A stretch of 62,490 bases of DNA, the filler included, from Rhabdomonas costata (taxonomy: Eukaryota): assembly GCA_019059605.1 (NCBI GenBank). It is 41 parts of 41 records of this genome, joined end to end, with 100 filler letters (N's around TTAATTAATTAA, not from the genome) between each part and the next. Parts side by side here need not be neighbours in the genome. Positions count along the whole stretch, not along the records: positions 35,123 to 36,547 come from JAHMHO010016259.1; positions 36,648 to 38,073 come from JAHMHO010016260.1; positions 38,174 to 39,599 come from JAHMHO010016261.1; positions 39,700 to 41,126 come from JAHMHO010016262.1; positions 41,227 to 42,651 come from JAHMHO010016263.1; positions 42,752 to 44,177 come from JAHMHO010016264.1; positions 44,278 to 45,703 come from JAHMHO010016265.1; positions 45,804 to 47,229 come from JAHMHO010016266.1; 33 more parts are not named here. The stretch is one strand, 5' to 3'. The notes under the pieces are model-generated. The model was not told the origin of the DNA. It did not search any database and saw nothing but the letters and a program-made list of their open reading frames with translations. Below, in pieces: positions 35,506-48,855 of the stretch. A program made the position numbers and the translations under genes. Position 1 is the stretch's first letter. Each line of letters starts with the position of its first letter.

Positions 35506-37538
35506 GCATGCAGTTGCGCGCCTGAGCAGGAAGTCTGGACGGCCATCCTGCTGGAAAGGAAAAAGAGCACGTGACCAAAACTCTCGAAAGAACTATCTCA
35601 GCATTGATTTTCTGGATGAGGGGCGGGCGAAGTTTAAAGCAGAGATGCTATTTATGCGCAGATTTCGCCTACTTCTTTCTAATTTTTGCTGATTTTAAGC
35701 ACGCTGTTTTAGGTCAAATTTAACGGGGGGTGGGGCGAGGCTCCTGGAAACTTCACAAGCGAGTAAAGGAAGCTCATGGTGTAAGAAGGAATTTCATGGG
35801 GAAGATTTTGCCTTAGGATTAATAAGAGGCCTTGGTCAAGGAGAATCAGAAAGTTTCGAAAGTATTTGCCGTTTTTCTCTGCGGAGAGGATCCTATTTAA
35901 AATGGAAATTTGTCAGTTGAGTTGTCAGTGGGGAAACCGCACTGATTGTCTTCGTCGTCTTCGGACCAAGATATGAAAGTCATCGTCGAGATTGACGGAA
36001 TCTTCGGCTGAGTTAAGGCTCTTTCACTCCCGAACACCTCTCCGCGCTCGGTTTGGCTTCAGGTCAGGCAGTCGCTCGTCAACATTTCCAAGGTGGGGGA
36101 CGCTTTCTACTGTTTTGCGGCTGTGCATTGCGCTCTGGGTACTTTATGTCAGTCGAAGTTCCCTTCCACTCGCCATGGGGTGCGCAGTGTTGATAACGGT
36201 GCAGGCAGCAGCGGCACAGAAGAAGGAGAAGAGTGCGGGAGGGTGCACAGAGCACCGAAACAACGCAATAAATCCGTTGGCTGTGAGTTAGACAAGGAGG
36301 AAGGAAGCCAGGGCGGGCCACGACAGGAAATTCAGTCGAAAATCATCCCTTCTCTCCCTTCTCTCTCATTTCTGGTATCTGGCAAGGAACAAGAGGGGAA
36401 GGAACACTCCCACGCGGTGTGCATCTCTGCGCCAATTTGCTTTGGAAGAGTTCCTGCAAAAGCTCTCCCTTCCCCCCTGCACTTCATCCCCGCTTCCTGT
36501 TAGGAAAACCTTTTTGAAAGCGGTGTTTTCTCCTCTCCCACCCCCACNNNNNNNNNNNNNNNNNNNNNNNNNNNNNNNNNNNNNNNNNNNNTTAATTAAT
36601 TAANNNNNNNNNNNNNNNNNNNNNNNNNNNNNNNNNNNNNNNNNNNNGGGGGTTTGGAAAAGGAGAGGAGCGAAACACCTTCTCTCCATTGGGTCAATTC
36701 TCTTGGTGGTTCTTTGGGGTGTTTTTGTATTTTTCTGCCTCGTTCTGCAGAGTGTGGTGGGGCACCAAAGGGAGTGGGTGGGCTCTCCTCCTGGTCGCTG
36801 TTGGGAAGAGACAAGGTTACTCCTCCGTTCTGTGTGGACAGAGGGGGGCTGGCATCTCCTGTCCTTCCCACCCAGCTTTTTTTTCTGAGGTGGAACGAGA
36901 AAAGGACACAGTACCTACTGTTCCTGCGGGTCCTTTAGCTGACCTCCTTCTCCATCGGGTGAAGACCCCCCACTTGTGCAGCTTTTCAGCTGCCTGCAGG
37001 GACATTCACTCCGGGGTCTTGCAGTTGGGTATCTGTGGGCTTTTGGAAGCTTCAAGAGGTGGTGCTTTAGGTCTTGTGGGTCCACTCCACTCCAAAAGCA
37101 TTATCTCAGATGACGAAAAGAAAAACGGTATCAAAGAGGAAAATGGAAGTCAGCCCGGGGCGCGGCCGGAGCGTTATACAGGTCAAACCGAAGCTTGTAC
37201 ACTAGTATCTAGGTGGGCCTGGCCCCCATCGTTTATAACGCCGGTATACCGTACAACGGCGTTATACCGTTTACGCTACTGCGCTACTACACTTCCCGGA
37301 ACCGCTGTTTTCTGTTCACGTTTCCAACTCTGAATCGTCTTCCTGGTGAACACGCTGCGTCCCTGTTTTGTGGGGCTTCCTTCACAGCTCACAGGTCTTG
37401 GCTTCAAAGGAAACCAGCGCTTCACCCCCTTTTAGCTCTGACCCAGGCAGCGCTCGTTTGTTGCCGTTCAGCCTTTCTGCCCCCCACCCAACCCCAACCC
37501 CCGGTGTCGCCACGCTGTTGTTTGCCGGAGAGCTGGAG

Positions 37539-37665
37539 ATGCAGGGCAGGCCGGAGGAGGGGCGGAGGGTGGACCCTCGAGGCGAGGTCGTCACCACCAT
37601 TTTCATCAGCGACCTCCCCACCGACTTTACGGAGCGGGAGCTGCACAACATGTTTCACTTCGCTG
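37539..37665 (+). CDS. RRM RNA-binding protein, first exon
   Basis: MQGRPEEGRRVDPRGEVVTTIFISDLPTDFTERELHNMFHFA (RNP2 IFISDLP, ERELxNxF). Donor gtcttg. Confidence 0.75.
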
Positions 37666-38283
37666 GTCTTGCATCACACATAAAGGAAGTGCACTGAGGT
37701 TGTTCAAAAAGTTACACACAGCTAAGGCGAGTCAGGTACATCCTTTCCCCTTTTGCAGTTATCGGTTTTGGTGTATAACGCCGGACATAACATAGAGTTT
37801 TTCAGATAACCGGAAACCTGAAGTTTGAGAAGCTCCCGCGACTCTGACGCCCCCCATGACTGACGACATTCCGGTGAATTTTAAGTGGCACCGGATGGGA
37901 CCTCCACCCAACTCACCCACCTACCCACTCACCCCTCGACCCAGCCATCACCGCACCCTTACATCATAACCGCAAGCCAGTCATTGCAAGCATGACGTGC
38001 ACTACACCGAACAACCAAACCGATATACCGATATACGGCGGAGCGGAACCCCACACCCAACCACACCCAACACNNNNNNNNNNNNNNNNNNNNNNNNNNN
38101 NNNNNNNNNNNNNNNNNTTAATTAATTAANNNNNNNNNNNNNNNNNNNNNNNNNNNNNNNNNNNNNNNNNNNNCGAGGCGCGGAGGCCAAATATTAATTG
38201 AAGCCCTAACTGTGTGACATGTAAGCTGCAAAATGTTGCCCCGTCCAAGTCAAGGAATAGTCTGACTCAGCCCCGGGCCACAC

Positions 38284-38541
38284 CTGCGACTCTTCCGGGG
38301 ATCTCCCCAGGGCGATGGCCATCACCTTGGCCTTGCCCTGGATAATGTAGGAGTCGTTGAACATCTGCCGCACCAGCTGCATCGAGCGAGCCATCCGGAG
38401 GGTGGTGTAGTCGAAGACGTACACGTGGTCGTACTTGTCCAGGTAGGTGTGAATCCTCTCGACGAGCGCCAGTTTGCGGGCCCGGCCCACCTTCTTCACT
38501 CGGGTGAGGCGGACGGGGCGGCGTCGCCTCGACCGTGCCAT
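38284..38541 (-). CDS. MRT4: Ribosome assembly factor Mrt4 (uL10/P0 paralogue), first exon
   Basis: MARSRRRRPVRLTRVKKVGRARKLALVERIHTYLDKYDHVYVF...GKAKVMAIALGRSPEE. Donor gtgtgg at 38283. Confidence 0.88.
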
Positions 38542-39699
38542 GGCGAGCGCAGGTGGGGGTGGTGGGGAAGGAAATCACAAAAAACGAGGGAGGAGAGAGC
38601 GAAAAGGCAAAGCCTTTGCCGCTGAAAACCCCCACAAACAAGAGCACAAACAAGAGGACGAAGAGCAAGATTCCCCAAGTTTTTGTGAGAAGTCCCAGCA
38701 AAGGCTGACAATTGTAAGGCCAACAGACCGGAGTCAAAACTCCCACAACGTGTGGTGATGAAGCGGGTTAATTATTTTGTACTTGTATTGTCACAGCTCA
38801 GAAAAACTGTTACTTCAGTGCAACGCTGAAACTTGAAGGCACAAAATGGGAGACTTCACATATGAACAGATCAGTGTTGTCATAAAAACGTGAACTCCTC
38901 GCTTTCCCAGTGACGTTACGACGGCATCAGCGAGAGCAGGGTTCCGGTTTTTTGGTTCAGCGAAAGTGCATGCCCACTCAGACCCAGCTTCAAAGAGGAC
39001 TCCACTCTAGTCGGGAAATGCTCCCTTAACCATGTCAAAGCAGATGAGAGGGGCGTTCTGGAATGGAGGTGCTCACAAAAGTCTTCCAAAGCCGGTGCTG
39101 AGGAAGCAATGAATCTCCATCGGACGGTGACGAGGAGCTGCATCCAGTAGTGCAAACTTCGTGCCATACGGAAACGTGCAGCGAGGCTGAGGTTGGCGAC
39201 ACCAGTGAGGGCCCTGGTTCCTTGGAGGTAGAGATGTCACTCTTGCATACGTCCGTGGCGAGCTGTTCTGGCTTTGCCATAAGCTGAGCTCATGGTCCCT
39301 GCGGCCTCCCGACGTCCTCTGCACCAGGTGGCAACTGAAGTGGAGCGTTTTCATTCCACAGCGGGTCAGTTGTGCTGCGCATTAGCTGCCCCATGAGCAG
39401 CTCACCTGACTGTGGCCACGGCACAGACAGCAGTGGAGCACACGGGACACCGGAATCCTGGGTCGTCTAGGAGGCTCGCGCTCAAGCAGTAGTAACAGAA
39501 AGTGTGCGGGCATCCAGTACTTCGCACCTCGACCTAAACCGCCCCCACCCCCCGAACTCGACACACCCAGCATCAGACTACGTCAGCAACCCACAAACCN
39601 NNNNNNNNNNNNNNNNNNNNNNNNNNNNNNNNNNNNNNNNNNNTTAATTAATTAANNNNNNNNNNNNNNNNNNNNNNNNNNNNNNNNNNNNNNNNNNNN

Positions 39700-41126
39700 A
39701 GGTGAGAGCTTTGGTGGACTCCGGTGCGTCTGACTCTTTCATTAGTCAGGACGTGGTCCATCAGTTGCATTTGCAGACGTACCCACTGCGACAGAGGCTG
39801 ACAGTGAGAGTAGCGAATGGAGAGGGTTGCCTGTTACGCACTTTGTTCGTGTGACAGGGAGATTGGGAGAAATGCCTGTGAAGTTGTATTTACGAGTAAT
39901 TAAGACGTCCATTCCGGTTGTATTGGGCTACCCGTTCTTAACGCAGGTTTAGCTGCAAGTCGACTGGAAGCGAAGGATTGTAAAAGTGTGGCTAAAAGGG
40001 AAAGTGTACGAGATCCAGGCGCTTCCTGCAGTGGACTCGTTTCGAATAACGTGCCCCACGACGGGAGTGTTGCATGCTGAGTTGGAGGGGGTAGAGGAAG
40101 AAGGCAAGCAAGGGGTGGAGGGAGCGACAATAAAAGACACGTCCACCGCCATGTTAAAAGAAACGCCCTCGTTCAGCTTAGCAGGGGAGCATTGCGCTAA
40201 GATGGGAGCTGAATGTGATGCGGAAGCCAGTGTGACGGATAAGTCGGTGGGTTGTTCTGACTGCAGAAGATCAGCGTGCGTTAGCAAGAGCGCAAGAGCC
40301 TAAGTGGAAGACGCGCAGAAAGTTGCGTAACTCGCCTAGAAAAGAAGTTGAGAAGCTGATCAAGGTGGTGTACCACAGCATTTGTGGCCCCCACTGTGCA
40401 GTGTGGACGACTCCGCCAGAGGTATAGAAGTTGAACAAGGAGTTTGCAAGGATCTTTCCTGACAAGGTGCCGGGAGGCTTACCGCCGGCGAGGAAGACCA
40501 ACCACCGCATTGATTTGAAGCCGGACAGTAAGGCCCCAGCGCAGAGGTTGTATAGGATGTCTCCAGCGGAATATGAGGAGTTAAGGAAGCAGTTGAAAAG
40601 CTTGCAAGATTTGGGCTTTATAGAGCCAGCTACATCTCCGTATGGAGCAGGAGTGTTGTTTGTTCCAAAGGCGAATGGTAAGTTGAGGTTGTGTCTAGAT
40701 TACCGCCCGTTGAATGCTATTACCTTTGCAGACTCGTATCCTCTTCCGAGGATCGAAGAGATGATAGATCACGCGGGGAAATCGAAGTGGTTTTCGAAGT
40801 TAGATTTGCATTCGGGGTTTCATCAGATCAGGATTCACCCCTAGCATGTTGAGAGGACGACGTTCAAGACGAAGTATGGGTCGTTTCAGTTTCTTGTAAT
40901 GCCGTTCGGGTTGTGTAATGCGCCAGCGACGTTTCAGAGGACGATGGACTTTCGTTTGGAAGACTTGAAGAGGAAGGTGACATTTGTCAGCGTTGCAATG
41001 CAGATAATCATTTGCCAAGAGGGCACACTCAAGCGTTGGAAGTTCCAGTGAGGAATGGGAGTCAATTTTCATGGACTTCGTCACGATGCCGAACACAGTG
41101 TGGCAGTTTGGAGGGAGTGAAGTGCC
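39700..41126 (+). mobile_element. Decayed Ty3/Gypsy LTR retrotransposon pol (protease, partial RT, partial integrase)
   Basis: ALVDSGASDSFIS (aspartic protease); HRIDL..SPYGAGVLFVPKANGKLRLCLDYRPLN..YPLPRIEE..FSKLDLHSGFHQI, MPFGLCNAPATFQR (RT); CQRC...EVPVR/WESIFMDFVT (integrase). Contains frameshifts and TAG stops (e.g. 40842-40844). Confidence 0.95.
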
Positions 41127-43482
41127 NNNNNNNNNNNNNNNNNNNNNNNNNNNNNNNNNNNNNNNNNNNNTTAATTAATTAANNNNNNNNNNNNNNNNNN
41201 NNNNNNNNNNNNNNNNNNNNNNNNNNTTTTTGTGTGAAGACCTGTGTGTCATCCTTTGTTTCAGGGTGAAAACGAGGGTGGGCAAGGGAAGGGGGGGAAT
41301 AAACCGTGACACCGTTTACAGACAAGCAAAGATGTGCATTTTGGCAACACTTAAAATGCATCAGCTCTAGTGTACACCTGCGCGGAGCTCAGGCTGGGAT
41401 CTAGGTTGCCAGATTGAACCCAACCACCAATTGTGGAAAGAATTTTTGATTTTGAAGAAAAGCTCCGGAGAAATCATTCCACTTTTCACGCGTTTGTTGT
41501 TATTGCTTGTTTAGCTCGTTTTGGCGCGCCTCCCAGGTGCCCCGCTGAGGCTTTCTCGCCGGAGCTTTTCCTCGGGCGCGTTTGGGTTTGAGGACAAAAG
41601 GGTGGTTGTGGTGGACGTCAACGGCCGGAAAGTCTCTGGGGTGCTTCAGGCCCGGTTGGTCCTGGACAGCCTCGAGCGCTCTGCCCCGGGACCCTGAGGT
41701 CCCGCTGAGCTCTTTGAGCGGAAGGGGAGCTCCCGTTGTACCATAGGTCGTTTTTCATCTTGGATCCGGTCTCAGGTGTAATTCGCTTCCCTTCCACATC
41801 TGTGATAGTTGACGGGAAAGAGTGCTCAACGCGGGGGGAGAACCGCGGATTCCAGTTTATGCCACTAAGCTCAGGTGTCAGCCGAGTTCGGGCGTCGTTG
41901 GACGGGTGTCGAAGCCCGGCAGTGGTCGGCATTGATCCCCGTAGTAGGTGACCCGGTTCGTTGTGTTTTCGTTTTTCCCACGTTTTGCCGCTTAGAAGGG
42001 TGCGCTTTCTCTGCATTGCTGCCGCCGCCCTGATGCCATTTCCTGTTGTTCTGTGGGGCTCACCATGAGTTAAAGCCTTTGCATCCGCCCTGGCGTCCAC
42101 TTTCGGTCACGCTTCCTACGAGCAGCAGCTTGCCATGTGCCGTGAACCTGTTGTGATTTGGAACTGAGTGAGATGGGGATAGTTACCAGCTAAGTTTTGG
42201 GTTAATGGGGACGTGACAAATGGATGTTCCAATGATTTAGAAACTGTTGCCTTTTATGAGCAGGAGCAGGGTGCGGGGCAGTTTCTTTCACGGTTTTATG
42301 CTGCTCCGCGAGTTTGCCGCAGATTTACGGTGTAGTGCCTGCCCCATCTCTTGACAAGCCTCCGCACAATTCTGACCTCTTACTTCCCGCCCCTCGTCTG
42401 CACACGTGAATGCTTCCCATCATCCCTGGGCATGCCACCAGTACCACACAGTATCCGCACAACCCACCTCAGCTCTTATTACTTAAAGTCCGGCCATCTG
42501 CTCGTAATCCAACAGTTATGTCCATACATGCGAGGAAAACGCATACCTTCGCTGTCGTCGGTTGAGGATCGGTCATTGTTGCCATTCCGCATTCTTATTT
42601 GCGCAGTCGCTTGTTTATTCTGTCCCGACTCAGGCTTCGGGCACCCACACANNNNNNNNNNNNNNNNNNNNNNNNNNNNNNNNNNNNNNNNNNNNTTAAT
42701 TAATTAANNNNNNNNNNNNNNNNNNNNNNNNNNNNNNNNNNNNNNNNNNNNGTTGGGTTTTCCCGCCTTGTTTATTGGAGAAGTAGCATTTCCGATCATT
42801 ATGTGTGCAATATACCTGAATACCTGAATATGCATCATTGAATATTACTAGCATAGCTTGCGCTGCCTCCGTAGCTCTCTTTCTCAGTCATTTGCCAGTT
42901 GTCTCCAGCTGAATCCCTTTTCGCAGTGTCTGTGAGGGCAGGTACACTTGTCAACAAAAGAACAAAAGCTGGCGTGCAAGAAGAGATAGGAAAAAAGCAT
43001 TTTCTAACGCTATGTTATGATTCCGCTTACCCCGAAGGCAGTACCGGCACGTATGTGTGCCCCGTTCCCGTGATGCGTTTTTGCTGCAGGGCATATGCGG
43101 AAAAACACGTTAGAACACGTTCTCGGAATTTAAAATGGATTTGGGTGGTTCATCTGCTGACGAGCACGGACAAACACTCCTTCACAAGCACCTCGTTCGT
43201 TAGCCTTCCATTTTTACGCCAAGTGAATCGTCCAACGATGATTCGTCAAAGGAAGGGGGGGAGTGCATGTCAACTCACCATTGACGGCATTTTTCTTTTC
43301 GCCACTGATGAGTGAATGTACGGCATTTTCTGTTACCCATGCGTTGTTGGTGATTTGCTCGGATGGGGCCTATATGGCCACACACACACCCGACTTCGAC
43401 TCCCTATTCCATATATTGGTGGCTATGTGCCTGTCTCGCACGTGTTGCGACCCCACTCACCACCCGTCCGTGCTCGATTCAG

Positions 43483-43927
43483 GTGTGGCCTGGGTCCCCA
43501 CGGCTTTCAGAAAGTCTTCTCAGCCGTCCTGCCGGGGCCCTGCCCCAGGAATTTCAAAGCCCGCGAGCGGTTCCAGTTCGTCGTGTCTCGGCAGAGGATT
43601 CTCTCCGTGCCGGCTATCACGTGGAAGACCGCGAAGAGGTGTGCGTTTGCAATGCTCAGTTGTCCCCTTTTTTTTGCCGCCAGTGCTGTCCTCCCGGTCC
43701 ATTGTTAGCACCACTGCGGCTGTGGTTGTGTTGGCACGAGGTAGGCATTTGGGGGTTTGGGGGAATTTCGGATCACGCGTTGACTGATCGAGAATCGATG
43801 CATATCCTACTGTGTTCGCGTTTGACTCACGTCCGACTTTCATAGGAGGTGGGAGGTCCCACCGTATATTCTTCTTTTGTTTGTGGATTGACGGATGGGA
43901 GCTGCTCCTGTGTAGCCGTGCTTACTG
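43483..43927 (+). CDS. Hypothetical protein, 2 putative exons
   Basis: 43483-43638 (ttcag|...|gtgtgc, 52 codons) and 43846-43927 (catag|...|gtgagt). No recognisable domain. Confidence 0.3.
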
Positions 43928-46900
43928 GTGAGTGTTTCTTGCATACGACCTCACACATGGAGGAAGAATGCAATATAAGATCATGCTTTTCCTGTTTGCT
44001 TTGATGTCTGCAAGCCTCCGCTCCGCTTGACTCCTCCCTCCTAACCTTTCCCCTGGCGCAGCCTGGTCGACGGCTCTGGACCCGCGGCCTTTCCCGCAAA
44101 GGACAGCCCCGACCGCGCCATGGAGGCGGCTGTGCTGTCTCGGCTGTGGCATGTGATGTTTGGGGAGACCCCACACCNNNNNNNNNNNNNNNNNNNNNNN
44201 NNNNNNNNNNNNNNNNNNNNNTTAATTAATTAANNNNNNNNNNNNNNNNNNNNNNNNNNNNNNNNNNNNNNNNNNNNTGTTTTGTGTTCTGCATCCAATG
44301 CAAGCAATGTGGCCACCGCAGGGGGACTCCCGCGATTTGGGCGGCTTTTCGGAGGGCAGCGACAGTGAGGGTGTGTGCTTGCCCCCCCCCCAACCACACA
44401 CACACACAATTAAACATGCTCATGAATGCTACGTCATGAGCATTGCTCGTGGGTACAGATGAGCGCCCATTATGCCGGTATTGTTCCCGGAAGCCCTGTG
44501 CGCGGAGGCTCTGAACAGGTTTGGGGCCTCCGCCTGCGCGAAAAGGTGAAGTCCTCCCTACAACATATTTAGACCCTGGCTAATATCTTCATGCAGTTGG
44601 GATTCACAGAAGTCCATTATTTGTGATGTCAGCACCCCGCCCAGACTTGAAATGACTGTGAAAACTTTCTTAGCATCGAAAGCAGAACGCGATGAAGAGA
44701 GATTGCTGTTCTTAATCCGTTGCTTGGTATTGCGGGGGAAACCGCAATACCCGTCTGGTCGTCTATCGTGCTGTGGATAGTAAAAGCCACACACATTCAC
44801 ACCCATGCCCCCCCCCCCCCCCCCAGTCTCTCTGTGACCTTTACAGGAGAGGTTCGGTACTGGCACGGCCCAAATGAGGAGCTAGCCGCTCTATTGCGCA
44901 TGACTCGCAGCCCTGCGCTGTGCCCCCCCGCCGCGGCATCGTCTTCGGCACATCCTCCAGCGCAAGGGTTAACTACTCACCCCACCTTTTTCCCACTCAA
45001 CTGAAACTGCTTGACTCGCTTGCAGTGTAGTAAAAAGAATGGGGGGGGGTGGCCTTATCCAAAGTTTGGGACGTGTTCGTGTGAGTATATCATCACCAGC
45101 AGAAAACGTCACCAGAGCCGGAACCCGGATGCTGTGTGTGTGTGTGCAGGTTTTTGGGAGAGAGAGAGAGATAGACCATTCTCAGTCATCATCTTAAGTC
45201 TCGCAACAGCTCGAGACTGCGTCATCTCCAGGCAACTTATGTCCCCAAGCAGACACCTGCTGGCCCCCATGTTTCACAGGGGAAGTCCTGGTTGGGGTGG
45301 GGTCAGAGTTGCCTTCATCCTAACGCCTAATCGAGACCAGCGTGTTAGACCATGATATGGATTCGAGCCGACCTCAATGCCTGACCTGACTGTATCCGTA
45401 CCAGTGTTCTCCCTCACCCAGCTCAGTGTTGTGTGTGCACGTGTGATTTCACACTAACACTAAGTTCTGTTGCCCGGTCTCTTTGTCGCTTTGCCAACAA
45501 AAGCATTCAGTCCCACGCTCATAGGAAAACAGAAGGGAAAAGCAGAAGCAGAACGCCTACATGGCGCTTCCGCTTCCTCTGTTCAGAACCGGCCAAATTG
45601 CTCGGCGGTTTTCGGGCCTTTGTCAGTCGCAGTTCCATCTTCATTCTTCCCGACCGCCCCTCCCTCTGCAACCTAACAGCAGACTGCTCAGCCACCCCCA
45701 CACNNNNNNNNNNNNNNNNNNNNNNNNNNNNNNNNNNNNNNNNNNNNTTAATTAATTAANNNNNNNNNNNNNNNNNNNNNNNNNNNNNNNNNNNNNNNNN
45801 NNNCAGCTTCCACTCACAGCTAACATTGGAGGTCTCAAGGAGGGGGCGGCTCAACTATGGGGGGTAGGGCTGCATGAGTTCTGCCTCAGCCTGAAGGGCA
45901 GCGTCCTGGACGAGCTGACACCTCTCCACCACCATGTACGAGGTGGGGCGGAGTAGCCCCCGCAGATGTCTTGACCTTGAACGCCATGATTCAGGCCGCA
46001 GCATATTCGGCTTTGACAACGTTGACTTTGACAACGGCTTTGACAATGTTGAGGGGCTTTTCAGGCGCACAGTGCAAGGACCACCGCGCAGCCGTTTCCT
46101 GTGCTTCGGCTTAAAGGAGGAATCAAATGCCTTTGCGCAGCTTTCTCCTTTCCTTCAACCACGGACCTCAGCTCACAGTTCGTTCTTCATTCTTTTCCCT
46201 CAAGACGTAACGTGAGTAGTATACAACTAACCTTATTGTTGGTAACCACTTTGCGCTTGAACATATGCTACCTGGGTGCGATTGACAACCTTTTGCCATT
46301 CTCTCGCAGCCGCAGTCGCAGGCTCCTCGCTGGCACAGCTGCTTCAAAGGCTGACGAGCCACAGGAAGTCCCGCACCCACTGAGAACTGAGAACTCTGAT
46401 GTGCAGCAAAAGGTGTGAAAGAGTGGTCTGAACGACCTCGTACAGTCTCTTTTTTGTGCTCGGTCGTTCTTGCGCTTTTTTTCCTATTGCGGCAGGCTTC
46501 TTTTGCTTCTTCGCCTCCTTGCTGACTTTCCTCCCGGAGTGTTTTGACGCGAGGGCGATTGGCAGCCCTCGCCAAACTTGACCTTTGCCTCTCCCCCGCC
46601 CCACCGTCATGGGTTCTGGAATATCGGCCCTCCCGCGATATTTCCAAGACTATTTTTATGTTGTACATAAAGTTTGAATAGTGGGAGACAATGCCCACCA
46701 TTGTTTTCTTTGTAATTCGGGGTTTCCCTCCCGCCTGCTTTCCATTTTGTTGTTGTAACCTCCGGATGCTTCAGATGGAAGGTCGGGTCTGCTGTGCACT
46801 TGAATTGTGCTGCAATCTCCTTTTCTTCTGAGATGAGGTCTCTTTGTTTGACTCGAAGAGCTGTGATAAAGCAATCTGCGTAATGTCGCCTGTTTTTCTC

Positions 46901-48855
46901 AAAAAGAAGATTGATATGATTTTATAGCACCATACAGTTTATGAACAAAACGACTGTTTTACTGATTTGTGATGATTTTGGGTATTTTTCGTCAGTTAAT
47001 GAGCCGAAGCAGGCCAGGGGTCTTTTGGATATACAGTGGGCTCCCAAAACGCTCCGTAGGTCGGTCCTTGCACCCTCGGGCCGGCACCCACCGGTGTCCC
47101 TCCTGGGGCTCTTTCCTAAATTTTTCTTAAATCTTGCGCCGTTTCCCGAGCGCAGCTGAGGGTTTATCGACGGCACACACAACGTATGTAAAAAAACTAC
47201 CTGCCTAAGTTAATGACAAACACCCCAAGNNNNNNNNNNNNNNNNNNNNNNNNNNNNNNNNNNNNNNNNNNNNTTAATTAATTAANNNNNNNNNNNNNNN
47301 NNNNNNNNNNNNNNNNNNNNNNNNNNNNNGTGGGTGTTTTCTAAATGTGCGGCGCGGATCCTTGTCATCTTCAAAGAAGATTTATTGGTTTTTTTGAACC
47401 CCTGCGACCCCTGTCAGGCTATTGCCCACAGCAACTGTTGTGTCTATGTTCCCAGAACGTCGAAGATGGGCTCGGGAATGAATTTAGTGAATGCTCCCGT
47501 GCACCTTCTTTTTTCTGGATCTTCAGGTTTACTTCCTATGGAGTATTTCCAATGTGGACGCGTTGCTGTCATATTTCATCTTGGGCTGTTTGTTCAACCG
47601 TCTCTGGAATTTGGTGTGGCTCTTAGCATTCTGGGGCTGGGTCTGGACTTTGGGTCTTGTTCTGTGGACCTTGGCAGTGTATGTATTTCTGCTGTAGCAG
47701 TGGGAATGGGTTCGTACCACCCTGGGCAGTGAACGGCAGTGCCATCTTCGACTGTTGATCATTCCGCATCGTGCTGCCACACCTCGCACTCGTAGATTTT
47801 TTTATGAAACCTGCATGACCAAAAGAAGAGCGTGGGGAGGCCGATTGTGGCCTCCGAGTCCGAGATGTCCGCAAATACTTCATGTGGTCATGTGGTCGCT
47901 TTTGTTTGTGAGTTTTCATGTTTTGATAGCGATTCTGCTTCCCTTTGTGCACCTGTTTTTTTTTACGGATCGACTTTGTGTTACCCTTTCCCTCTGTTAC
48001 GGTGAGTGATTTCGGGTAGTGCCAGCTGCTGTGAGGCGCGGCATTTTCCCGGGTGCGGCGGCGGCCGCGATGGACACCTCCACCAATGTTTCCGCTCTGA
48101 CTACGTCGGAGGTGGCGTTGTTCCCCCCCAACCCACCCAGCCATGTACCCTCCTTCCTGTGGCCTCTATTTTCGCCAAGTGCTGCTTACTAAAGTTGGAC
48201 AGTTCCGGATGGCAGATCTGCTCTTCTTGGCGGACTGTTCTCGCGAATCCTCGTTTTGTGTTGCGCTCCTCGCAAAACACTCTTAAGAGGTTCAAAAAGG
48301 ACAGACGGACATGCCCCGTCTGGACTTGCTTCCTGTGCCATTCCAATTATTCATGCTAAGTTGCTATACTATGTGAACGTCACCCCCTTCCACCTTCCCT
48401 TCCTTCCAGTACACAGGGAGCAGGCATCGCCCTCTAAGCCCATGCAGAGTTTTGTGTGAATCCCAGGGACACGGAGAAGTGTTTTATCGGGTTCCCATAG
48501 GAGGGAGGAGGGGGATTCATATGAGGTAGCGGGGGTCCACCTCCCATAATTGTGTCATTCGATGCCTACCACCACCAGCCTTCCGTTGGCTTTTGTTTTT
48601 CGTTTGGGCAGACTTCTCTTCTCCAACAACCCGTGGTTCCTCCGAAGCCCATCTCGAGCGTACCCCTTGGAAAACCAATCTCGGGACTGTCTTCGCCTGC
48701 GGACAGCCCTTATCTGACGTATGTGTGCTCCCGAAGCTCCGTGCCCCCAAAACAANNNNNNNNNNNNNNNNNNNNNNNNNNNNNNNNNNNNNNNNNNNNT
48801 TAATTAATTAANNNNNNNNNNNNNNNNNNNNNNNNNNNNNNNNNNNNNNNNNNNN

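Noticed and set aside
40842..40844. In-frame TAG as stop-codon reassignment
   Set aside because: It lies in a frameshifted, decayed retroelement; conserved host exons have no internal stops and the receiver gene ends normally at TAA.
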